64,000 nucleotides of DNA. Source: Candidatus Woesearchaeota archaeon (lineage in GTDB: Archaea; Nanobdellota; Nanobdellia; Woesearchaeales; GW2011-AR15). The notes beneath the pieces are model-generated. The model had not been told where the DNA came from. It was given only the letters and a program-made list of their open reading frames with translations, and did not search any database. Each line of letters begins with the position of its first letter. Position 1 is the first letter of the stretch. Positions 18,468 to 27,757 of the stretch are shown piece by piece. A program made the translations under genes and the position numbers. The DNA lies in assembly GCA_038874655.1 (NCBI GenBank), contig JAVZBY010000001.1:133007-197006 (forward strand). Direction: 5' to 3'.

Positions 18468-20192
18468 TTAACTATTAATCTGATTTTCCTCTATATTTAT
18501 GTTTATTTTTTTTATTAATTCATAATCATAGACAATTTTTGCTTTTAAATATCTTGTTGTTATAGGTGTATTATCTAAAGAAGTTTTATCAATATCTAAA
18601 AGACAATTATATGTTAAGTAGTTTTCAATTTCACTAATATCAAGTAATTCTGAAACAGGAATTTTATATGTTTTCATTGACTTTTCTTTTTCTTCATCTG
18701 TTGAAGACACATCTTCAACAGCAATTCCTGTGCATGTGTTCTCTAAGATATTGAATGTATCTGGTATCTTTAAATAGATTGTTTTTAATCTAGAGATTTT
18801 ACCTCCGTCTATCCATTTGTTTTGTATTTTTAAACCAAATCTTGGATTAATATTTTCTTCACCTATATCCCATGGAACATTTTCTGTTCCAATTGATAAT
18901 TCTACTGGACCTGTGGTATAAATTGAGGGTTGATTTGCATCATTTATTTTATATAGATCTAAAATTGCTTGTTTTGATGGTTCAATGTTTTTAGTAGATA
19001 AAAGTCTATAATCTGTAAGCATTCTTTCTCTGTCCATTAAATAGATTTTTTTAATTGACTCTGTGGAAAACTCAAAAGAGGCATTTATTGTAAGGGTATA
19101 TTCTCCATAAGGTAATGCGTCTTTTTCAAATATACATTGAATTGTTGTTTCTGCTCCACTTATTATTTTAAGTGTTTTTTCTTTTTGGCCTATTTTGTTT
19201 ATATATCCAAATATTTGCTCTTTTTTACCAATATCATTTATTTTTTGTGTATAACATTGTACTTTTACATCAAATGGTTGATCTATTTTTCTTGCTTCTA
19301 AAATGGCTGAGATATAAATAGGCATGCCTTCTTTATAAACATAGTCTCCTGCTTTTATTTCTTTTAAATAAACTCCTTGTGGTTTTTCAGATTCTTGTTG
19401 TGTTCCTGTATATGTGTATTGGCTAATATTGAATAATTGCCCTAAATTTTGAAATCCTAACGAGACAGATTCAAAAATATTTGATATTGCTGATATTCCT
19501 CTTTTAAAAAACAAAAGCCCATCTCTTAAATCTTCTATTGAATTTTCACCATAAGCATTTAAGATTGAAAATCTTAAACCAAAATTAAAAAGAAATAATA
19601 ATATTAAAAAGATAATACTAATCATTGAAAATGTTTTAAAAAATTTGCTTTCTGCATATGTTGCTGCATTAAATAAAGTATATACTAAATAAGGATGGGC
19701 AACAAATCTTATTCCGTTTAATGATAAAATATATGTGCTTAATAAAGAATATAAAACAAAATCAATAAAATACATAATAAGTAATGTTCTTATTTTTGAT
19801 TCTGTTTCAATTTCAACAGCATTTACTATAAAATATCCAAGAATTAAATGTAATATTGCGCCTATACTAAAAGGCAATCCTAAAACAACAAAAAGAGCAA
19901 TTTCTATTGAAAATAATATTAAATATTTTGATAATGTTTCTTCTATTACTCCCTTTTTCAAAAAATATATTATTATGTATATAATTAAAACAAGTATAAC
20001 TATTGTTGTTAAAACCCTAAATGAAAAAATATTATTTAACCTAGTAATCTCAACACCTTTAAAAGATGTTGGAAAAAAAGGTAAATCAAAAAATAAAAGT
20101 AATAATGAAAGAATAAATGCTAAAAAAAATGATCTTTGTTTTTCTACAAACATATTTGAGATTGTTTGCTTGATACTATTTTTTAAATCCAT
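18468..20192 (-). CDS. Multi-TM membrane protein with C-terminal extracellular domain related to the adjacent lipoproteins
   Basis: N-terminal ~210 aa hydrophobic; C-terminal TGPVELSI and IVYDY..KKINI. Confidence 0.7.
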   Translation of the reverse strand: MDLKNSIKQTISNMFVEKQRSFFLAFILSLLLLFFDLPFFPTSFKGVEITRLNNIFSFRVLTTIVILVLIIYIIIYFLKKGVIEETLSKYLILFSIEIALFVVLGLPFSIGAILHLILGYFIVNAVEIETESKIRTLLIMYFIDFVLYSLLSTYILSLNGIRFVAHPYLVYTLFNAATYAESKFFKTFSMISIIFLILLFLFNFGLRFSILNAYGENSIEDLRDGLLFFKRGISAISNIFESVSLGFQNLGQLFNISQYTYTGTQQESEKPQGVYLKEIKAGDYVYKEGMPIYISAILEARKIDQPFDVKVQCYTQKINDIGKKEQIFGYINKIGQKEKTLKIISGAETTIQCIFEKDALPYGEYTLTINASFEFSTESIKKIYLMDRERMLTDYRLLSTKNIEPSKQAILDLYKINDANQPSIYTTGPVELSIGTENVPWDIGEENINPRFGLKIQNKWIDGGKISRLKTIYLKIPDTFNILENTCTGIAVEDVSSTDEEKEKSMKTYKIPVSELLDISEIENYLTYNCLLDIDKTSLDNTPITTRYLKAKIVYDYELIKKININIEENQINS

Positions 20193-20193
20193 T

Positions 20194-21393
20194 TTATTCT
20201 GCCAAGATTAGATTCATTTCAAGAATATCAAGTTTTTCTGATTTTGGCCTGATTTCAATTGCATTGTTTCCTTTTCTAAGAAAGTTGTTTATTACCCTAG
20301 AATAAGATTTTTCTGATGTGTCTATCTCTGTTTTATATTCATTAACTAAGATATAGCCAGACTTATAATCCTCTTCATTTGTAAATTCTAATGTTATGTT
20401 AATATCTGCTTGATTGTTTTTAATTTTATTATATAGTTCGTCATTTATATAGAAATAATATGTTGGATATATTGTTTTTTTGAGTTTAAGTTTTGCTTCT
20501 ACTGCATATATATCATAAAAACCATCTTTAATTGTAAAGGTTAAATCATTTTCACCTTCTTTTAATCTTGATGGTTCTTGAATTGGTAGTTTAATTAATT
20601 GCCCACAATCTGGAATAGATGAATATATTTGTCTTTTATTTAAATGAACTTCTAATGGATTGTTTGTTCCTTGTTTACAATCTGCTACAAATGACAACTG
20701 AAAACTTTCTAAATTTGCTTTTTCCTGCTCACTTAAAACAAAGATTTGTTTGTTTATTGTGCCACTATCCTCTGTAAAGTCAGCATAGATTTTAAAATTC
20801 TTTATTAAATATTCATTATATGACCAGAACTCTGCACTAGGGCCTGATACTTTAAAGATTATTGTGTTTTGATCTTTTAAGTAATCTTTTGGCAATCTTA
20901 TTGGTGGAGGACTTTCTGTTTGAAATTCTTCGCTTGTTAATATATAATCATTTAAGTAAATTGTTAATGTTCCTTTATGTTTTGGTATTGTAAAAGACAT
21001 TATATAATTATTTGTTTTTTTAAAATCTGAGATAGAAAAGGTAATATTTCTTGTTTGTTCTTCAAACAAACTTTTTTTTATATAAATTGTGTCTAGCTCT
21101 ACTAGTGTTCTAGTATCTGTTCTAGAAAATAATGTAAAACTTGGAAAATCAATTATTTTTTCGTTATCTGTGATTGTGGATAATGTTCCTATATCTTTAG
21201 TTAAAAGAACTTTTATATTTGATTTTGTATCTGTGCCTGTTGTTCTATTCTGTTCTAACAAAAGTGCTCTCTCATCTGGAGGAATCATTAATATATAAAC
21301 TACTAAAGCAATTGTAATTACTAATATTAATAAAGATATATAAGATTGGGGACTACCATCTTGTGCTTTTTTTTTTAGCATTTTTTTAACCAT
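20194..21393 (-). CDS. Secreted/surface protein with class III (prepilin-like) signal peptide
   Basis: KKKAQ followed by a hydrophobic helix; repeated beta-rich LxxGxN modules. Confidence 0.65.
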   Translation of the reverse strand: MVKKMLKKKAQDGSPQSYISLLILVITIALVVYILMIPPDERALLLEQNRTTGTDTKSNIKVLLTKDIGTLSTITDNEKIIDFPSFTLFSRTDTRTLVELDTIYIKKSLFEEQTRNITFSISDFKKTNNYIMSFTIPKHKGTLTIYLNDYILTSEEFQTESPPPIRLPKDYLKDQNTIIFKVSGPSAEFWSYNEYLIKNFKIYADFTEDSGTINKQIFVLSEQEKANLESFQLSFVADCKQGTNNPLEVHLNKRQIYSSIPDCGQLIKLPIQEPSRLKEGENDLTFTIKDGFYDIYAVEAKLKLKKTIYPTYYFYINDELYNKIKNNQADINITLEFTNEEDYKSGYILVNEYKTEIDTSEKSYSRVINNFLRKGNNAIEIRPKSEKLDILEMNLILAE

Positions 21394-21506
21394 GTTTTTT
21401 GTATCTTTTTGTTTAGTTTTTTTTATTAAATTTTTTTATTAAAGTCATAAAATTATATTAAAAACATATAATTACATATATAAATCTTATTATTTTCTTA
21501 TTTAAT

Positions 21507-22571
21507 ATGAAAGTTATTTTCAAAGATTTAAAAAAAGGTATTTTAAAATTAAAGATTGAAAACTCTGAGGATTTGTGGTATTTAAACTATATAATTGAGA
21601 AAGGTGATTTTTTAAAATCATTCACTTTTAGAAAAATAAAATTAGGTAATGACTCTGAGAGAGATGCTAAGATAATAAAAAAACCTGTTGTTATTACAAT
21701 AGAAGTTGAAAAGGTTGAGTTTTCAAAATATACAAATGTTTTAAGAGTATCTGGAATTATAAAAGAAGCTCCTGAGGATATACCCTTAGGAAGTCATCAT
21801 ACGATAAATATTGAGGAGAATAGTGAATTTGTTTTAGAGAAAAAAGAAATATTAAAATATCAATTAGAAAAACTTAATGAAGCTGAAACAAAAAATAATG
21901 AAAAGATATTAATTTGTGTACATGATAGAGATGAAGCTATTTTTGCTATTCTAAAAAAATATGGATATGATATTGTTTTAGAATTAAAAGGAAATTCTCA
22001 AAAAAAAGCTGATATGAAAATAGATAGTAAAGATTTTTTTAAAGATATTAAAGAAAATCTAGAAGAATATGATAAAAGATATAATCTTTCTAGTATTGTT
22101 GTGGCTTCTCCTGGTTTTTGGAAAGATTACATAGAAAAAGAATTAAAAAATAGTGATTTAAAAAATAAAGTTATTTATGCTACATGTTCTAGTGTTGGAA
22201 TAAATGGTATTAACGAAGTAATAAAAAGAGATGAAATAAAAATTGCTTTGAAAAAAGAAAAATTTGCTAAAGAAACAGAGAAAGTTGAATTATTATTAAA
22301 GGAGATTTCTATTAGCGGAAAAGCAGAATATGGCTTAAAAAATGTGGAAAAAGCAATTAACTTAGGTGCTGTAAATGAGTTATTAATAAGTGATGATTTT
22401 TTATTAAAAAAAAGGCAAGAAGAAGATTTTTATAAAATTGAAGAATTAATGAAACTTGTTGAAAAAATGAATGGTTCTATAACAATAATAAGCTCTGAGC
22501 ATGAAGCAGGACAAAAATTAAATGGTTTAGGAGGGATTGCAGCATTATTAAGATATAAAATTAATTATTAA
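21507..22571 (+). CDS. pelA: Pelota/Dom34 ribosome rescue factor
   Basis: EDLWYL..II..GD, GSHHT, SPGFWK, HEAGQKL.GLGGIAALLRY. Confidence 0.95.
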   Translation: MKVIFKDLKKGILKLKIENSEDLWYLNYIIEKGDFLKSFTFRKIKLGNDSERDAKIIKKPVVITIEVEKVEFSKYTNVLRVSGIIKEAPEDIPLGSHHTINIEENSEFVLEKKEILKYQLEKLNEAETKNNEKILICVHDRDEAIFAILKKYGYDIVLELKGNSQKKADMKIDSKDFFKDIKENLEEYDKRYNLSSIVVASPGFWKDYIEKELKNSDLKNKVIYATCSSVGINGINEVIKRDEIKIALKKEKFAKETEKVELLLKEISISGKAEYGLKNVEKAINLGAVNELLISDDFLLKKRQEEDFYKIEELMKLVEKMNGSITIISSEHEAGQKLNGLGGIAALLRYKINY

Positions 22572-22632
22572 TTATTGTAAAAATTTATTATTTTTTATTA
22601 ACATAAAAAATTATAAAAAGTTGTTGTAATTT

Positions 22633-24060
22633 TTAATTTATGGATTCTTTTTTCTCTTGATTTATTTTTTTAAGCCATTTACCTCTTTCAATTAGTGCTT
22701 TCATATGAACTGCTGATTTATATGGATTATTGAAATGTGTAATATTATTTGCTTGCAATATTTTTATAGATTTTTTTGTAAATTTTCCCCCCATATAATT
22801 TGCTATTATTGGTTTTTTTGGAAATTTTTTTCTTGCTTCAATTAAAGCATATGCATCTAAAACTGATTCTGTCATTGTTTGCAATGTTTGTATAACTATT
22901 AAACCATAAATGTCATTTTGATTTAGCAATGTATCAATAGCAACTTTATATCTATCATGTAATGCATCTCCTATTAAATCTAATGGATTACTTCTTGAAT
23001 ATGCTGGATGCATTTTTTTAGAGTCATCTAATTTTTTTATTGTTTCTTCTGAAAGTTTTGCTAAATTTACACCTAAATTTTCACAATGATCTGCACATAA
23101 AACACCTGCACCGCCACCATTTGTTATTATAGCAATATTATTTTCTAAACATGGTGGTTGTGTTGCCAATGTTTGGGCTATTTCAAAGAGGTCTTCTACA
23201 TTTTCTGCAATAATTACACCTGATTGTTTAAATGCTGCTTTATAGATTTCATAAGAACCTGCTAAACTTCCTGTATGGCTGCTTGCTGCTTTAATTCCTG
23301 ATTCTGTTTTTCCTGCTTTTAATGCAATTATTGGTTTAATTTTAGAAACTTTTTTTGCAATTTTCATGAATCTTTTACCATCTTTTAATCCTTCTATATA
23401 AAGAGCAATTGCTTTTGTTTTTTCATCATTAGCAGCCCATTCTATAAAATCTGAAATATCTAAATCGGATTGATTACCTAGGCTAACTATTGCACTGAAA
23501 CCGTAGCTTCTTTCTAAAGACCAATCTATAACACTATCAACTAATGCGCCACTTTGTGAAAAAAATGCTATATTACCTTGTTCTGGCATACATGGACCAA
23601 ATGAAGCATTTAAAATTCCAGGTCTAATTAAACCTAAACAATTTGGACCAAGTATTCTTATTTTATTTTCATTTGCTATTTTTACAATTTCTTGTTCTAA
23701 TTTCTTTCCTTCATCACCTATTTCAGAAAATCCAGCTGAGATTATTATAACTGCTTTAACTTTTTTTTTTGCACATTCTTGCAAAACAGAAGGCACTATT
23801 CTTGAATTAACTGCTATTATTGCTAAATCAACATTATAGGGTATATTTAAAATACTAGGATAACATTTTTTTCCTAAAATTTTTTTTGCATTTGGATTTA
23901 CTGGATAAATTTTTCCTTTATAGGGCTTGTTTGTTGAGTTTTGAAAAACTCCACCAGTAATTAAACTTTTTAATATACCATGACCTGCTGATTTTTCTTT
24001 TCTTGATGCGCCTATTATTGCTACTGATTTTGGATTAAAAAAAAGATTTAGGTTTGACAT
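22633..24060 (-). CDS. acdA: ADP-forming acetate-CoA ligase alpha subunit
   Basis: FFNPKSVAIIGAS, GPNCLG, SQSGA, SHTGSLAG (catalytic His), TNGGGAGV, NPLDL. Confidence 0.93.
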   Translation of the reverse strand: MSNLNLFFNPKSVAIIGASRKEKSAGHGILKSLITGGVFQNSTNKPYKGKIYPVNPNAKKILGKKCYPSILNIPYNVDLAIIAVNSRIVPSVLQECAKKKVKAVIIISAGFSEIGDEGKKLEQEIVKIANENKIRILGPNCLGLIRPGILNASFGPCMPEQGNIAFFSQSGALVDSVIDWSLERSYGFSAIVSLGNQSDLDISDFIEWAANDEKTKAIALYIEGLKDGKRFMKIAKKVSKIKPIIALKAGKTESGIKAASSHTGSLAGSYEIYKAAFKQSGVIIAENVEDLFEIAQTLATQPPCLENNIAIITNGGGAGVLCADHCENLGVNLAKLSEETIKKLDDSKKMHPAYSRSNPLDLIGDALHDRYKVAIDTLLNQNDIYGLIVIQTLQTMTESVLDAYALIEARKKFPKKPIIANYMGGKFTKKSIKILQANNITHFNNPYKSAVHMKALIERGKWLKKINQEKKESIN

Positions 24061-24144
24061 TATTTCACCTTTTTTGAAAAATTTGTTTTCTATTTTATTC
24101 TTGTTTCAATTTTATCCATTATAGATTTTACTTATAAAAATAAA

Positions 24145-24951
24145 TCATTGAATATCAAACTTATCTAATTTTTGTTGTATTTTTATATGCTCTTTTGGTT
24201 TATTAATAAATCTAGCATCAACAACATAACAATCGTTTTCATTTGCTATAACCGGGTTAAAATCAATTTCAAAAAAATTTTCTTTTTCTGCTAAATTAGA
24301 AAAATTAAGCATTAAATTTATTAAAGATTCAAAATTTATTGATTTTGTATTTCTATAATTTTCTAAAAATTTTTTTGATTTTAATTCTGATATCATCTCA
24401 TGACAATCTTCTTTAGTTATTGGTAAAACTCTAACTGAAAAGTCTTTTAGAATTTCTGTATATATGCCTCCTAATCCAAGTAAGATTGATTTACCAAAAA
24501 TAGGATCTGTTTTCATTCCCAATATTAATTCTTTTCCAAAAATCATTTTTTGAATTACTAAGTTATAATGTTCTATTTTTTTATTTTTTAATATTGTTTC
24601 AATTAGATCTATTTTTTTATATAACTCTAAGAAATTATTTATATTTGTATAAACTAAACCAAAATCTGTTTTATGTATAATTTCAGGAGAATCTACTTTT
24701 AAAACTACGGGAAAATCTATTTTTATGTGTTCTAAATCTTTTTTATTATCTACAATAAATATATCTGGAAAATTTATATTATATTCTTTTAAAAGAAGTA
24801 TTGCATTTTTTTGAGATAAAAGGTTTGAATTATTTTCTTGTTTGTTTTTTTCAAAACTTGTTGTTTTGTTTTTATTATCTTCATTAATTTTCTCAGAAAA
24901 ATTATCTTGAAAAGTTTTTAAAGATTTTAGTTTATCTAATAATTTTTTCAT
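24145..24951 (-). CDS. acdB: ADP-forming acetate-CoA ligase beta subunit (ATP-grasp)
   Basis: FPVVLK..SP.I.HKTD.G.V, D..FG, GLGGIYTE, EIDFNP, VDAR. Confidence 0.9.
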   Translation of the reverse strand: MKKLLDKLKSLKTFQDNFSEKINEDNKNKTTSFEKNKQENNSNLLSQKNAILLLKEYNINFPDIFIVDNKKDLEHIKIDFPVVLKVDSPEIIHKTDFGLVYTNINNFLELYKKIDLIETILKNKKIEHYNLVIQKMIFGKELILGMKTDPIFGKSILLGLGGIYTEILKDFSVRVLPITKEDCHEMISELKSKKFLENYRNTKSINFESLINLMLNFSNLAEKENFFEIDFNPVIANENDCYVVDARFINKPKEHIKIQQKLDKFDIQ

Positions 24952-25112
24952 TTTAAACCTCTTTTTTATTTTTATTGCAATTAATTTAGTTTATAAAATT
25001 TTAGTTTTTTAGAATAAAAAAAGTAATTAGATTATTATATTTAAAATTATTAATATATTATTAATATTATATATGCGATATATTTATAAATGTTTATTTT
25101 TTCCAAGAAAAT

Positions 25113-25379
25113 ATGCCTGCACCAAGATTTAGATCAAGAACATTTAGAAGAGTTGCAAAAAAATTGCCTAGTGGTAAAGTTAAAATTCATTATGAAAAAA
25201 GAAAAAATGCTTTACCAAAATGTGCAATTTGTAAGAAAGAGTTAAAAGGAATACCAAAAACAACAAATACTGATTTAAAAAAATTAGCTAAATCTGAGAA
25301 AAGTGTTGAAAGAAAATATGGCGGTTATTTATGTTCTAAATGTGCTAGAGAAAAAATAAAAGCAGAAGTTAGAGTTTAA
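25113..25379 (+). CDS. rpl34e: 50S ribosomal protein L34e
   Basis: RSRTFRR...PSG, CAIC...GI, ERKYGGYLCSKC. Confidence 0.95.
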   Translation: MPAPRFRSRTFRRVAKKLPSGKVKIHYEKRKNALPKCAICKKELKGIPKTTNTDLKKLAKSEKSVERKYGGYLCSKCAREKIKAEVRV

Positions 25380-25390
25380 TGTTTTAGAAA

Positions 25391-25433
25391 AATCTCTTGT
25401 GTGTTTGGCGACAACACATTAATACGAGAGATT
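25391..25433 (+). other. Intergenic stem-loop between rpl34e and rpl14e
   Basis: AATCTCTTGT pairs with ACGAGAGATT (one G-U), enclosing GTGTT/AACAC; ends just before RBS GAGGTG. Confidence 0.55.
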
Positions 25434-25449
25434 GTATGAGGTGAAAAAA

Positions 25450-25797
25450 ATGTTTGAAATTGGCAGATTGTGTGTGAAAATTGCTGGAAGAGATTCTGGT
25501 AAAAAAGCTTTAATAATTGATGTTTTAGATAATAATTATGTTTTAATTGATGGCGAAGTCAGAAGAAAAAAATGCAATGTTAGACATTTAGAACCATTAG
25601 ATAAAGTATTAAAAATTAATAAAAATGCTTCTCATGAAGAAGTTATTGATGCTTTGAAAAAAGAAGGAATAATTGTTAAAGAAAAAATATCTAAACAAAA
25701 AGAAGATAATAGTAATTTAGATAATAATTTAGAAAAAGAAAATAAAAAAGATAAAAAAGAATCAAAAGAAACTAAAAAGGTTAATAAGAAAAAATAA
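25450..25797 (+). CDS. rpl14e: 50S ribosomal protein L14e
   Basis: EIGRLCVKIAGRDSGK, RRKKCN..HLEP; start moved to ATG 25450 after RBS GAGGTG. Confidence 0.94.
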   Translation: MFEIGRLCVKIAGRDSGKKALIIDVLDNNYVLIDGEVRRKKCNVRHLEPLDKVLKINKNASHEEVIDALKKEGIIVKEKISKQKEDNSNLDNNLEKENKKDKKESKETKKVNKKK

Positions 25798-25806
25798 AAA
25801 ATTTTT

Positions 25807-26625
25807 TTAATTCTTTTTTGCTATTTCTAAGGGTTTCATTTCTTTCCAAGCTAAATGAAATAATTCTGATAATGCATTAGCAAAGAAAGGTGTATTTATC
25901 CATATACCAATATCATAGCTTGGATGAACTTCTTTATCATTTGTAATCATAAAGATTAATTCTTCGTTATCTACTAATACAAATCTTGCTTTTGTGTTAG
26001 TTATTCTAACTTCTGCAAATTTTGAAACATCTTTTAAATGTTTTTCGTTTTGCTTTGTGTATTCTGTTGCAATTTTTATTTTTACTCCTCTTTTATGAAG
26101 TTCTTCAAACAAAGGTAACATTGATTCTATTTTTCTCATTGAACCTTCTTCTGTTGTCATTATTATTACTTCTTTTTCTGCTTCTTTTAGTGTCATTTCA
26201 ATATGGTTATATAAATTATGTCTACCTCTTAAAGAACCTGTTAATTCACTTGGTTCAATTAATTCTACACCTTGTGTGTGTAAATTACTTAATTCTGTTA
26301 ATACATCTGTGTTTTTTAAAGATTCTAATCTTTTAACAGATTCCTCTGCTTCCTTCCTAACATTTTTTTTAACTCTTTCTACTACTTCTTGTGGTGGCAA
26401 AGCAATATATTTTATAGGTTTTCCTACTTTTTGTGTTATGAATCCTTTTTTTTCCAAGCTTTCTAAAACATCATAAGACCTGCTTCTTGGAACATTTGCT
26501 ATGTCTGATAATTCTCCTGCTGTTGAAACACCCCTAGATAATAATGCTGTCCAAATTTTTACTTCATATAAATTTAAATTAAAATATCTTCTAAGTTTGC
26601 TTAAAAATTCATCTTTAACAATCAT
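25807..26625 (-). CDS. TrmB-family transcriptional regulator (paralog 1)
   Basis: LNLYEVKIWTALL, TAGELSDIANVPRSRSYDVLESLEKKGF, GKPIKY; PLD-like effector domain. Confidence 0.92.
   Translation of the reverse strand: MIVKDEFLSKLRRYFNLNLYEVKIWTALLSRGVSTAGELSDIANVPRSRSYDVLESLEKKGFITQKVGKPIKYIALPPQEVVERVKKNVRKEAEESVKRLESLKNTDVLTELSNLHTQGVELIEPSELTGSLRGRHNLYNHIEMTLKEAEKEVIIMTTEEGSMRKIESMLPLFEELHKRGVKIKIATEYTKQNEKHLKDVSKFAEVRITNTKARFVLVDNEELIFMITNDKEVHPSYDIGIWINTPFFANALSELFHLAWKEMKPLEIAKKN
26392..26549. repeat. 158-bp near-identical repeat, copy A (in TrmB paralog 1)
   Basis: Matches 46014-46171 at all but 2 positions by manual comparison. Confidence 0.9.
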
Positions 26626-26778
26626 TTTTTCACCCCGACCTCTTTTTTCAATTATGTTTAATTATAACTACTATTAAAATCTTGCGATTTTTTCTATGTA
26701 TATGTAGTAGCAATATTTTGTCCCTCTATTTGAAAAACATAAACATTAGAAAATATAAAAAATTTATATGCTTTTTAT

Positions 26779-27579
26779 TTAATAAACATTTAATAGTTTT
26801 CTTAATAAAATTGTGAAAAATATAGAAAAAAGAAGATATGTTCCTAACCAACCAAAACCATTAATCCATGGAATTGAACCTAGAATTGGAACATTCTTTA
26901 AAGGAATTATTTTTTCTTGATTTATAATTATTTTATTTAATCCATCTGTATTACATGAAAAAAGAAAACATTTTTTAAAGTTTGTTTCTATTGGTAAATA
27001 TTCTCTTTGTGTTGTTATTAATACCTCTTTTTCATATGTTTTATTTTTGTAATTAATTTGAATTTTTTGTATTCCTTTTTCTAATGCTAAAATCTGCCAT
27101 GAAATTGTTTTTTTTACTTCTTTTATGTTTGATTCATCGTTTATCAGTTTTAAATTATTATTTAATATAATTTCAGCATTTCCTTTTGCTGTTTCTTCAA
27201 ATTCAACTGTAATAGAAAAAGTTGTGTTAGGTTGAATTGGATAATAGCCCATATGCGAATTTAACCATGCAAAAACAAGCCAAAAAGGAATTAAGGTAAA
27301 TAATGTTGCTTTCATTGATTCATTCATATATTTAAAATTTATTTCCATTAATCTTGTATTTATCTTTGAAAGTTTTTTTGGGTTGTTTTTTTCTGTTCTT
27401 ATCTCTTTTTGTAATTTTATTTGCTCTTCTCTTATTTCTTTCATTAGTTTTTGATTTGTTAAAAATTTATTAACCAGTGTTATTATTAAAGATAAGATAA
27501 ATGAGATAAATAATATACTTAAAGCAGGATTAATATTTAATAACCAATTTAAAAAGTTATTCAATAAAGGAAAAGCCAT
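26779..27579 (-). CDS. EMC3/TMCO1/DUF106 (Oxa1 superfamily) membrane insertase homolog
   Basis: TM1, coiled coil, MKATLFTLIPF, C-terminal GWLGTYLLFSI...LRKLL. Confidence 0.88.
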   Translation of the reverse strand: MAFPLLNNFLNWLLNINPALSILFISFILSLIITLVNKFLTNQKLMKEIREEQIKLQKEIRTEKNNPKKLSKINTRLMEINFKYMNESMKATLFTLIPFWLVFAWLNSHMGYYPIQPNTTFSITVEFEETAKGNAEIILNNNLKLINDESNIKEVKKTISWQILALEKGIQKIQINYKNKTYEKEVLITTQREYLPIETNFKKCFLFSCNTDGLNKIIINQEKIIPLKNVPILGSIPWINGFGWLGTYLLFSIFFTILLRKLLNVY

Positions 27580-27757
27580 ATATAAAAAGAAAAATAGATA
27601 GTATATAAAATTAATTGTAATGGGTCAAAAAAAGGATATAAATGCTATAGAGAAATAAAAATAAATAAATATATAAATAAATATAAAAATAAGAAATAAT
27701 GTTATTAAAAGATTTATTAAAAATAATTTTTTAAAGTTATGATCTTTCATTTTATAA

